A stretch of DNA of 64,000 nt from an uncultured Alphaproteobacteria bacterium (GCA_963789275.1 CAWBKF010000014.1:15240-79239), one strand, 5' to 3'; shown: positions 32,301 to 39,697, counted from the stretch's first letter. Made by a program: numbers and translations. The notes: generated from the sequence alone by a model not told the origin.

Positions 32301-34628
32301 CGTCGCCGTGCTCAGCGCGCCGATCTCGGTCGTGCTCAGGCCCTTGACCTGCGCCGTGCTCAGCGCCCCGATCTGCGCCGAGGTCAGCGCCGCCGTGTTC
32401 AGGCTCGGCAGCTGCGTCGCCGTCAGCCCGGTCAGCTGCGTCGCCGTGCTCAGCGCCTGGATCTGCGCGCTGCTCAGGCCGCCGATCTGCGTCGTCGTCA
32501 GCGCCCCGATATCCTGCGAGGTCAGCCCGGTCAGCTGCGTCGCCGCGCTGAACGCGTTGATCTGGGTCGAGGTCAGACCCTTGACCTGCGTCGTGCTCAG
32601 CGCCCCGATCTGCGCCGAGGTCAGCGCCGCCGTGTTCAGGCTCGGCAGCTGCGCCGCCGTCAGCCCGGTGACCTGCGTCGCCGTGCTCAGCGCCTGGATC
32701 TGCGCCGAGGTCAGGCCGCCGATCTGCGTCGCGTTGAGCGCGCCGATCTGCTGCGAGGTCAACCCGTCCACCTGCGTCGCCGTGGCGAGCGCGGTGATCT
32801 CCGAGGCGGTGAAGCCGGCGATCTGCGCCGTCGTCAGCGCCCCGATATCCTGCGAGGTCAGCCCGGTCAGCTGCGTCGCCGTGCTCAGCGCGCCGATCTC
32901 GGTCGTGCTCAGGCCCTTGACCTGCGCCGTGCTCAGCGCCCCGATCTGCGCCGAGGTCAGCGCCGCCGTGTTCAGGCTCGGCAGCTGCGTCGCCGTCAGC
33001 CCGGTGAGCTGCGTCGCCGTGCTCAGCGCCTGGATCTGCGCGCTGCTCAGGCCGCCGATCTGCGTCGTCGTCAGCGCCCCGATATCCTGCGAGGTCAGCC
33101 CGGTCAGCTGCGTCGCCGCGCTGAACGCGTTGATCTGGGTCGAGGTCAGCCCCTTGACCTGCGTCGTGCTCAGCGCCCCGATCTGCGCCGAGGTCAGCGC
33201 CGCCGTGTTCAGGCTCGGCAGCTGCGCCGCCGTCAGCCCGGTGACCTGCGTCGCCGTGCTCAGCGCCTGGATCTGCGCCGAGGTCAGGCCGCCGATCTGC
33301 GTCGCGTTGAGCGCGCCGATCTGCTGCGAGGTCAGCCCGTCCACCTGCGTCGCCGTGGCGAGCGCGGTGATCTCCGAGGCGGTGAAGCCGGCGATCTGCG
33401 CCGTCGTCAGCGCCCCGATATCCTGCGAGGTCAGCCCGGTCAGCTGCGTCGCCGTGCTCAGCGCGCCGATCTCGGTCGTGCTCAGGCCCTTGACCTGCGC
33501 CGTGCTCAGCGCCCCGATCTGCGCCGAGGTCAGCGCCGCCGTGTTCAGGCTCGGCAGCTGCGTCGCCGTCAGCCCGGTGAGCTGCGTCGCCGTGCTCAGC
33601 GCCTGGATCTGCGCGCTGCTCAGGCCGCCGATCTGCGTCGTCGTCAGCGCCCCGATATCCTGCGAGGTCAGCCCGGTCAGCTGCGTCGCCGCGCTGAACG
33701 CGTTGATCTGGGTCGAGGTCAGACCCTTGACCTGCGTCGTGCTCAGCGCCCCGATCTGCGCCGAGGTCAGCGCCGCCGTGTTCAGGCTCGGCAGCTGCGC
33801 CGCCGTCAGCCCGGTGACCTGCGTCGCCGTGCTCAGCGCCTGGATCTGCGCCGAGGTCAGGCCGCCGATCTGCGTCGCGTTGAGCGCGCCGATCTGCTGC
33901 GAGGTCAGCCCGTCCACCTGCGTCGCCGTGGCGAGCGCGGTGATCTCCGAGGCGGTGAAGCCGGCGATCTGCGCCGTCGTCAGCGCCCCGATATCCTGCG
34001 AGGTCAGCCCGGTCAGCTGCGTCGCCGTGCTCAGCGCGCCGATCTCGGTCGTGCTCAGGCCCTTGACCTGCGCCGTGCTCAGCGCCCCGATCTGCGCCGA
34101 GGTCAGCGCCGCCGTGTTCAGGCTCGGCAGCTGCGTCGCCGTCAGCCCGGTGAGCTGCGTCGCCGTGCTCAGCGCCTGGATCTCCGCGCTGCTCAGGCCG
34201 CCGATCGCGGTCGTCGTCAACGCCCCGATCTGCTGCGAGGTCAGCCCGGTGACCTGAGTCGTCGGGCTGAGCTCGCCAATCTCGGTCGAGGTCAGGCCTT
34301 TTGCCGCCGTCACGCTGAAGGCGCCGATCTGCGCCGAGCTGAGCCCACCGATCTGCGACGGGGTCAGGACGCTAAGCTGCGCGGCATTCAAAGTGAAGAG
34401 CTGCCAGGTGGCGAGCGAATCGATGGCGGTAGCGGTCAGCGCAGCGACATCGGTGGTGTTGAGCGCCTGGATCTGCGACGTGCTCAGCGCGTCGACTTCC
34501 GTAGCCGTGGCAGCTGCCGCCTGCGCGGCGCTGATCGACTGAATATCGGTGACGGAGAGATTCTGGATGGCTGTCGTCGACAGCGCCGCGAACTGACTCG
34601 GCGACAGCAGGGTGATAAGCGAGGTCAT
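29313..34628 (-). CDS. giant Thr/Ser-rich octapeptide-repeat protein, paralogue 2 (1771 aa, intact)
   Basis: Uninterrupted ORF with GGAG 8 nt before the ATG. From residue ~7 to the C-terminus it is built of [LF]-[ST]-x-[ST]-[QE]-[ILV]-x-x units (LTSAQIGA, LSTTEIGA, LTTTQIGG...). No signal peptide, no Cys, no non-repeat domain. Third codon positions are GC-rich on this strand. Confidence 0.85.
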   Translation of the reverse strand: MTSLITLLSPSQFAALSTTAIQNLSVTDIQSISAAQAAAATATEVDALSTSQIQALNTTDVAALTATAIDSLATWQLFTLNAAQLSVLTPSQIGGLSSAQIGAFSVTAAKGLTSTEIGELSPTTQVTGLTSQQIGALTTTAIGGLSSAEIQALSTATQLTGLTATQLPSLNTAALTSAQIGALSTAQVKGLSTTEIGALSTATQLTGLTSQDIGALTTAQIAGFTASEITALATATQVDGLTSQQIGALNATQIGGLTSAQIQALSTATQVTGLTAAQLPSLNTAALTSAQIGALSTTQVKGLTSTQINAFSAATQLTGLTSQDIGALTTTQIGGLSSAQIQALSTATQLTGLTATQLPSLNTAALTSAQIGALSTAQVKGLSTTEIGALSTATQLTGLTSQDIGALTTAQIAGFTASEITALATATQVDGLTSQQIGALNATQIGGLTSAQIQALSTATQVTGLTAAQLPSLNTAALTSAQIGALSTTQVKGLTSTQINAFSAATQLTGLTSQDIGALTTTQIGGLSSAQIQALSTATQLTGLTATQLPSLNTAALTSAQIGALSTAQVKGLSTTEIGALSTATQLTGLTSQDIGALTTAQIAGFTASEITALATATQVDGLTSQQIGALNATQIGGLTSAQIQALSTATQVTGLTAAQLPSLNTAALTSAQIGALSTTQVKGLTSTQINAFSAATQLTGLTSQDIGALTTTQIGGLSSAQIQALSTATQLTGLTATQLPSLNTAALTSAQIGALSTAQVKGLSTTEIGALSTATQLTGLTSQDIGALTTAQIAGFTASEITALATATQVDGLTSQQIGALNATQIGGLTSAQIQALSTATQVTGLTAAQLPSLNTAALTSAQIGALSTTQVKGLTSTQINAFSAATQLTGLTSQDIGALTTTQIGGLSSAQIQALSTATQLTGLTATQLPSLNTAALTSAQIGALSTAQVKGLSTTEIGALSTATQLTGLTSQDIGALTTAQIAGFTASEITALATATQVDGLTSQQIGALNATQIGGLTSAQIQALSTATQVTGLTAAQLPSLNTAALTSAQIGALSTTQVKGLTSTQINAFSAATQLTGLTSQDIGALTTTQIGGLSSAQIQALSTATQLTGLTATQLPSLNTAALTSAQIGALSTAQVKGLSTTEIGALSTATQLTGLTSQDIGALTTAQIAGFTASEITALATATQVDGLTSQQIGALNATQIGGLTSAQIQALSTATQVTGLTAAQLPSLNTAALTSAQIGALSTTQVKGLTSTQINAFSAATQLTGLTSQDIGALTTTQIGGLSSAQIQALSTATQLTGLTATQLPSLNTAALTSAQIGALSTAQVKGLSTTEIGALSTATQLTGLTSQDIGALTTAQIAGFTASEITALATATQVDGLTSQQIGALNATQIGGLTSAQIQALSTATQVTGLTAAQLPSLNTAALTSAQIGALSTTQVKGLTSTQINAFSAATQLTGLTSQDIGALTTTQIGGLSSAQIQALSTATQLTGLTATQLPSLNTAALTSAQIGALSTAQVKGLSTTEIGALSTATQLTGLTSQDIGALTTAQIAGFTASEITALATATQVDGLTSQQIGALNATQIGGLTSAQIQALSTATQVTGLTAAQLPSLNTAALTSAQIGALSTTQVKGLTSTQVNAFSAATQLTGLTSQDIGALTTTAIGGLTSAQIQSLSTATQITGLTTAEISSLSSAALNALTTAQVQALTTAQIKGLTASEITELGTAQIQSLTTTQLATFTVTQIGGFNSTQVGSLSTAQLDSLV
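29580..34250 (-). repeat. 573-bp (191-aa) tandem higher-order repeat, about 8 near-identical copies
   Basis: The marker gctgaacgcgttgatctgg recurs at 30255, 30828, 31401, 31974, 32547, 33120 and 33693, an exact 573-bp period, plus a diverged copy at about 29682. Only a few single-base differences separate the units. Confidence 0.9.
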
Positions 34629-34663
34629 CTAATCTTCTCCGCGCTCCAGATTTTCACCGATCA

Positions 34664-34703
34664 CAGAATCTCGTTAGCTATTCCAGAGTCTCGTTAGCTA
34701 TTC
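34664..34703. promoter_or_regulatory. 20-bp tandem direct repeat upstream of repeat-protein gene 2
   Basis: cagaatctcgttagctattc / cagagtctcgttagctattc, one mismatch. It lies 36-75 nt upstream of ATG 34628 in an AT-richer divergent intergenic region. The function is inferred only. Confidence 0.35.
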
Positions 34704-35063
34704 CACGCAGGGTGCGGAGATTAGGCTGTCGTCGATGAAAAAACTCCTAATTCACGCGACAAACAAACGTACTGCGCCCGCACCCGCCGCGGACCTTGCC
34801 GTGGCCGCGCGTCGCAATGGTTTCGTTATGAAAGTCAGCAGGTTACCGACGATCTCTCGAGCGCCAACGCACCGCTCGTCGCCCCTCGCCGCGCGCGTCA
34901 TCACCTTCACACGATCGCGCAAGCGAAGAAAAAACGTCGGAAAACATCGTTACTATTCTTGCGCATCGCGACTTTCTGATCGCCGCGGCATCGTGGTTAC
35001 TAATCATTAAGGCCGACGTGCCAAGCTGGACAAAGTAGAGAGCACTTCCGTGGTGGAGCGAGC

Positions 35064-35171
35064 ATGCCGATACCGGCCGCCTCAGCGCCGAACATTGAGA
35101 ACGTGATTTCCGACGTCCGCTTGCTGTCGGCGCAGGACGCCCCGACCCCGGCGCCTCCGCGAGTCGCATGA
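35064..35171 (+). CDS. possible 35-codon leader ORF coupled to the GT41 gene
   Basis: GGTGGAG lies 5 nt before ATG 35064 (MPIPAASAPNIENVISDVRLLSAQDAPTPAPPRVA). Its TGA overlaps ATG 35168 (ATGA). It could instead be the true GT41 N-terminus separated by an indel. Confidence 0.3.
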   Translation: MPIPAASAPNIENVISDVRLLSAQDAPTPAPPRVA

Positions 35172-37255
35172 CGCCGCTGGGAGCCAGCGCCGCCGAAGTG
35201 ATAGAGCTGCTGCCCGACCGGGCTGCGGGGCGGACGGAAACCATCTTGCCGGCGGTCTTCACTGCGGCCGTGGCGAAAGCGTCAGCGCAGGCGCTCGAGC
35301 CGGGCGACTTGATCACCGCGACCCAGGCGCTCGCCAGCGCCAAACAACCGGCGCTCGTCCAGCAACTCTACAAAAGCTGGCTCGCTCACAACCCGGACCA
35401 TCCGTCGCGACATGTGATCTTGTTCAACTATGGCGTCACGCTCTCCGATGCCGGCGATCTCGCCGCTGCCCGCGACACCTTCCTCGAGGCGATCGCACTT
35501 CAAAAGGATTTCCTGCCGCCCTGCATCAATGTGGGAGTGGTGCTGGAACGGATGGGGGCGACCGACCAGGCGATTGTCCAGTGGTATCACGTGGCGAACG
35601 CCGTCGTTCCCGTCGACGGCAACGCCATCGGCTACAAGACGGTGGCGTTGAAGCAGATCGCGCGAGTGCTCGAGACCGCACGCTACGAGGCGCAAGCCGA
35701 GGATGCGCTGCGGCTGAGCCTGGAGATAAATCCTCATCAGCGGGAGCCGATCCAGCACTGGATCTTCCTGCGCCAGGGCCAGTGCAAGTGGCCGGTGCTG
35801 ACGCCCTGGGCGAACGTGACCCGCCCCCTGCTGATGGAGAGCTTCTATCCCTTGTCGCTGGCCTATTACGCCGATGATCCGCTGTTCCAGCTGGGCACCG
35901 CCAATCAGTACAGCAAGCTCGACGTCGGCAGGCCCGCCATCGCCACTGTCGGCAGCTGGCCGGCACCCCTCCCCACGCAGCAGCGGCGGCTGCGCGTCGG
36001 CTATCTCTCGTCGGATCTGCGCGCCCATGCCGTGGGCTTCCTGACCAGCGAAATGTTCGAGCTCCACGACCGCAAGCAGGTCGAGGTTTTCGCCTATTAC
36101 TGCGGCATCCGGGCCGAGGATGAGACCAAGGCAAGGATCCGACAGGCGGTCGATCACTGGGTCGACATCAACGATCTCAGCGATCACCAGGCCGCGCGCC
36201 GGATCGTCGAGGACGGGATCGACATCCTGGTGGACCTCAACGGCTATTCGAAGGATGCGCGCTCGAAGGTCTTCGCGCTGCGTCCGGCGCCGATCATCGT
36301 CAACTGGCTGGGCTATCCCGGCACGATGGGCAGCCCCTATCACCACTACATCATCGCCGACGACTACATCATCCCGCGCGGCCACGAAATCTACTATTCG
36401 GAAAAGGTGCTGCGGCTGCCCTGCTACCAGCCGAACGACCGCAAGCGCGTCATCGCCGCCGCGCGGCCAACGCGCCGCGAAGCCGGGCTGCCGGAAGAGG
36501 GCACGGTCTATTGCTCCTTCAACGCTACGCAGAAAATCACGCCTGCGGTCTTCGCCCACTGGATGACGATCCTGTCGCGCGTCCCGGACAGCGTGCTGTG
36601 GTTCCTCGCCGGGGCCGCGGACACGGAGGAGCGGCTGCGGCAACTGGCGACGCCGCTCGGCATCGCGCCGGAGAGGCTGATCTTTGCCGCGCGGGCGCCA
36701 AATCCCGAGCACATGGCGCGCTTCGCGCTGGCCGACGTGCTGCTGGATACTTGGCCCTACGGCTCGCACACCACGGCCTCCGACGCGCTGTGGCTGGGCG
36801 TGCCCGTGCTGACGGTCTCCGGCCGCGGTTTCGCGTCGCGCGTCTGCGGCAGCCTCCTCCACGCCGCCGGGCTGGGCGAGCTGGTCTGCAACAGCTTCGA
36901 TGAGTATGTCGAGCGGGCGGTGACGCTCGGCCGCGACAAAGCCGCGCTAAGGAACTACAAGGACCGGCTGATCGCGAACCGCGACGGTTGCACGCTCTTC
37001 GACACGAACTTGCTGGTGCGCAAGCTCGAGGCGCTCTTCGCCCGGATGTGGGAGGATTACTGCCGCGGCGAATTGCCGGTGCCGACGCTGACCAATCTCG
37101 AGCTCTACCACGAGATCGGCACCCAGGAAGACATCGAGTCCTCGGGCGCGCTGTCGTCCGTCGACTATCACGATCGTTATCGCCGGGCCCTCGCCTACCG
37201 CGACAGCCTTTCGCGGCTGCCGGCCGATGGCCGGCTGTGGCCGGGCGGCGGTTGA
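35168..37255 (+). CDS. TPR-containing GT41-family glycosyltransferase (OGT/SPINDLY/HMW1C-like)
   Basis: 695 aa. The N-terminal third is TPR-like (YKSWLAHNPDHPSRHVILFNYGVTLSDAGDLAAARDTFLEAIAL...). The C-terminal part matches the COG3914/GT41 pattern as I recall it: RVGYLSSDLRAHAVGFL, VNWLGYPGTMGSPYHHYIIAD, LPCYQPND, VYCSFNATQKITP, DTWPYGSHTTASDALWLGVPVLT. Confidence 0.8.
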   Translation: MTPLGASAAEVIELLPDRAAGRTETILPAVFTAAVAKASAQALEPGDLITATQALASAKQPALVQQLYKSWLAHNPDHPSRHVILFNYGVTLSDAGDLAAARDTFLEAIALQKDFLPPCINVGVVLERMGATDQAIVQWYHVANAVVPVDGNAIGYKTVALKQIARVLETARYEAQAEDALRLSLEINPHQREPIQHWIFLRQGQCKWPVLTPWANVTRPLLMESFYPLSLAYYADDPLFQLGTANQYSKLDVGRPAIATVGSWPAPLPTQQRRLRVGYLSSDLRAHAVGFLTSEMFELHDRKQVEVFAYYCGIRAEDETKARIRQAVDHWVDINDLSDHQAARRIVEDGIDILVDLNGYSKDARSKVFALRPAPIIVNWLGYPGTMGSPYHHYIIADDYIIPRGHEIYYSEKVLRLPCYQPNDRKRVIAAARPTRREAGLPEEGTVYCSFNATQKITPAVFAHWMTILSRVPDSVLWFLAGAADTEERLRQLATPLGIAPERLIFAARAPNPEHMARFALADVLLDTWPYGSHTTASDALWLGVPVLTVSGRGFASRVCGSLLHAAGLGELVCNSFDEYVERAVTLGRDKAALRNYKDRLIANRDGCTLFDTNLLVRKLEALFARMWEDYCRGELPVPTLTNLELYHEIGTQEDIESSGALSSVDYHDRYRRALAYRDSLSRLPADGRLWPGGG

Positions 37256-37275
37256 GCGCGCCGCAGTCGTGATCG

Positions 37276-38016
37276 CTAGCGCTTGACGACCGTACGGCAG
37301 GAGTAGTCGACGCGGTTGAGCTTCACCGCGATGCCGTGCTTGGCAAAATAGGCATCCACCGCTTCTCTCTGGCCCTTGTAGTGACCGTAATCGTCGATGA
37401 CGAGCACGCCGCCGCGCGAGAGCGGCGGCCAGAATACCTCCATCGAGATCTGCGCGCTCGGAAACCAGTCGGTATCGAGCCGCACGATGGCAAAAGCTGG
37501 CGCGGTTGGCGCACGCGCCGTCTCCTCTACCATGCCCTTGACCAATTTCACCGGGCCGCGGTAACCGGTCGATGCCATGTTGGCAGCCACTTCCTCGACG
37601 CCGACCCGCCCCCACTCCGTGGTCCCATCGGCCTTCACATTGGCCTGCCAGTCATCGATCGCGCGGCGGCCCCAGAGATCGACCTCGTTTTCGGAAGGCA
37701 TCGGATGGCCTTCGAAGGTATCGTAGAGCCAGAGCCCCCGAGAGGTGTCGCCGAGCATCTGCAGCGTCTTGGCGACAAGCATCATCGAGCCGCCGCGCCA
37801 CACGCCGCACTCGACGATGTCGCCGGGCACACCCGCTCTGACGATGTATTCGACCGACTTGTAGAGATCGAACATCCTCTCCACGGAGGTCATCGTGAAG
37901 GAGCGCACCGCGTTGAAGATCGGCGCGAAGTCGCGGTCCATATCGGCATAGCCGGCGACCCGATCCTGCCGTTGCATCAGGTCCTGATAGTCGATCATGA
38001 AGGGCGTTCCATCCAC
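37276..38016 (-). CDS. TylF/MycF-family SAM-dependent O-methyltransferase
   Basis: 246 aa. GDIVECGVWRGGS ... LYDTFEG ... VRLDTDWFPS ... GGVLVIDDYGHYKG is the macrocin-O-methyltransferase family signature. Confidence 0.8.
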   Translation of the reverse strand: MDGTPFMIDYQDLMQRQDRVAGYADMDRDFAPIFNAVRSFTMTSVERMFDLYKSVEYIVRAGVPGDIVECGVWRGGSMMLVAKTLQMLGDTSRGLWLYDTFEGHPMPSENEVDLWGRRAIDDWQANVKADGTTEWGRVGVEEVAANMASTGYRGPVKLVKGMVEETARAPTAPAFAIVRLDTDWFPSAQISMEVFWPPLSRGGVLVIDDYGHYKGQREAVDAYFAKHGIAVKLNRVDYSCRTVVKR

Positions 38017-38070
38017 AGAACTTGATTGTCAACGGCTTGGGATAGCAGTGCTACGGACCCCCTCCCGTTG

Positions 38071-38982
38071 TCACGCCGCGGCCTGGGGGGCCTGCATCGA
38101 CTCCTGGATGGCTTGAATCTCCGCCTGCATGACGGCCGCCATCTGTAGCGCCTGCGCCTTCAAGCGCTCGTAGCGGGCATCAGGCGCGCCGGCGCCGATC
38201 CTCTGTTCGTATTGCGCGTAATCGCTGCTGCGCAGCACGCCGTTGACATAGAGCGAGCGACCCTCGACCAGCGGGTAGTGGCGCAGCAGCATCTCTTTGC
38301 GCCAAGGCGGATCGAGAAATTCCGGCGAGCGGATGATGTCAAAGGCGCAACGGCGGCGGACGATCTGTCCGAGGTCGTAGAAATCGGCCCAGAAGGCCAG
38401 CTCGCGGAGCTCCTGCGTGCCGGGACGGCGGCTGGTGTCGATATGGACATCGGCGAATGAGATGCGGTCGATTAGGCGCACGATGTCGTCCAGCCAGTGA
38501 TCGATGAACCAGTAGGGGAAATAGGGCGGATAGATGAAGCCCATCTTCTTGGCGAGACCATGCGTGATCCCGTTGATCTGCGGGAAGGACGCATTGGCGA
38601 GGTGGTTGTAGACGACGCCGATGTTGTCGGGGAAACGCGCCGCCGCCTCGAGGATCTTGGCGTCGAACCCCGGCGTGATGTGCGGCCCGTAATCCACCAT
38701 GGCGAGATAGACGTCCGCCGGCACCTGGAGCGCGCGATTGTATTTCCCGCCGAGCGAATCCTCGCGTTGCGCGACGACCGGCCGCAAGCGGCGGTCGACG
38801 GGCAAGTGCGGCAGAGCGTCGATCGTCTTCTGGTCGTCGTGATCGACCGAGATCATGAAGATCGTGGTCGGCAGCACGATATTGGGCAGCGTCTCTTGGA
38901 CCGTGCGGAGGAGCAATTCGGGGCGCCCGCGCGTGCACAGGTTGATGGTCAGCGTCAGGTCGCTCACGTGTTCACCCCTCAC
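38071..38982 (-). CDS. hypothetical protein, possibly GT-A-like glycosyltransferase
   Basis: 303 aa. The N-terminus (TLTINLCTRGRPELLLRTVQETL...IFMISVDHDDQKT) looks like a GT2-type Rossmann start with an acidic DxD-like motif. I recognise no firm family. Confidence 0.45.
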   Translation of the reverse strand: MRGEHVSDLTLTINLCTRGRPELLLRTVQETLPNIVLPTTIFMISVDHDDQKTIDALPHLPVDRRLRPVVAQREDSLGGKYNRALQVPADVYLAMVDYGPHITPGFDAKILEAAARFPDNIGVVYNHLANASFPQINGITHGLAKKMGFIYPPYFPYWFIDHWLDDIVRLIDRISFADVHIDTSRRPGTQELRELAFWADFYDLGQIVRRRCAFDIIRSPEFLDPPWRKEMLLRHYPLVEGRSLYVNGVLRSSDYAQYEQRIGAGAPDARYERLKAQALQMAAVMQAEIQAIQESMQAPQAAA

Positions 38983-39166
38983 CGATTGCTAGAAATAGAC
39001 GGCGCCTATCTCCGTTCAGCACCCCGCCGGGCGGCCGCAGCCGTCGCAAAGGTGCGAAACCTTGGGGTGATTGTGGTCGGAGATGGCTAATATTCGATTA
39101 AAAGGCGGGAGATCGGGCCTCACGCGCCAAGGGCCCGGCCATCACCGGCCGAGCCCTCGAAGGAAG

Positions 39167-39242
39167 TGGTGGAGCAGAGGGGGATCGAACCCCTGACCTC
39201 GACATTGCGAACGTCGCGCTCTCCCAACTGAGCTACTGCCCC
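39167..39242 (-). tRNA. tRNA-Ala (anticodon CGC)
   Basis: The reverse complement GGGGCAGTAGCTCAGTTGGGAGAGCGCGACGTTCGCAATGTCGAGGTCAGGGGTTCGATCCCCCTCTGCTCCACCA folds as a cloverleaf. It has the G3:U70 identity pair, anticodon loop TTCGCAA and an encoded CCA. Confidence 0.9.
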
Positions 39243-39365
39243 GCGACGGGCGGCGACTATTGGGCGGGCGGCGGGTGCTGTCAAGGCTCGCGGGCGCCGG
39301 CCTTGCGCCACCGGCGCCGCGCGGCTAGCTTACCGCCGCTTCGCGAGGGGGTTCAGGACGCGCTC

Positions 39366-39671
39366 ATGGGCGGTTTCCTGGTTCCGGTCATCGACGTCGT
39401 CGTCGTGCTGCTGCACCTTTATTGGTGGATCGTCATCATCTCGGCGGTGATGAGCTGGCTCGTCGCCTTCAACGTCATCAACACCCACAGCCGGCCCGTC
39501 GCCATGATCGGCGATTTCCTCTACCGCGCCACCGAGCCGGCGCTCAGACCGCTGCGCCAGTTCCTGCCCAATCTCGGCGGCCTCGACATCTCGCCGATCA
39601 TCCTGCTGCTGATCCTGTGGTTCATCGAGCGCGAACTGATACAGCTGGAGTTCTACGTCGCGCAGCTCTAG
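39366..39671 (+). CDS. yggT: YggT-family membrane protein
   Basis: [39 protein letters not shown]...[18 protein letters not shown]. Start ATG 39366 lies inside track ORF 39303..39671. Confidence 0.8.
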   Translation: MGGFLVPVIDVVVVLLHLYWWIVIISAVMSWLVAFNVINTHSRPVAMIGDFLYRATEPALRPLRQFLPNLGGLDISPIILLLILWFIERELIQLEFYVAQL

Positions 39672-39697
39672 GCGCGCCGTTGCTCCCGTTCGCCGCC

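Noticed and set aside
27796-34257. 2153-aa plus-strand ORF (Cys/Val/Ala/Ser-rich, …VSPVTCVAVLSAWICAEV…) antisense to the repeat genes. Similar plus-strand ORFs occur at 24769..27360, 26441..27799 and 25613..26434.
   Set aside because: These are an artefact of repeat composition: the GC-rich 8-codon repeat lacks stops in several frames. The minus strand has a Shine-Dalgarno plus ATG at both genes and homologous N-termini. All inter-copy polymorphisms are synonymous on the minus strand, while two of three change the plus-strand residue. The plus-strand ORFs have no plausible start context.
23923-34628. RTX/T1SS adhesin, autotransporter, two-partner-secretion exoprotein or PE_PGRS-like identity for the giant repeat proteins.
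   Set aside because: There are no GGxGxD nonapeptides, no TPS or haemagglutinin N-terminal domain, no beta-barrel C-terminus and no signal peptide. No T1SS, TpsB or other secretion genes lie in the 64-kb window. The export route therefore remains unknown rather than assigned.
34735-35010. 91-aa plus-strand ORF and 166-aa minus-strand ORF (34843..35343) in the AT-richer gap upstream of the GT41 gene.
   Set aside because: They have no Shine-Dalgarno, a basic low-complexity translation, and overlap each other. They are more likely promoter or UTR DNA. I cannot exclude a small regulator.
23888-39242. Calling the 15-kb repeat-protein and glycosylation block a bona fide integrative island at tRNA-Ala.
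   Set aside because: The orientation fits, since the block lies on the 3' side of the tRNA. However, I found no integrase and no direct repeat of the tRNA 3' end near 23.9 kb, and apart from 34.6-35.2 kb there is no marked compositional shift. I describe it only as an accessory-looking block.
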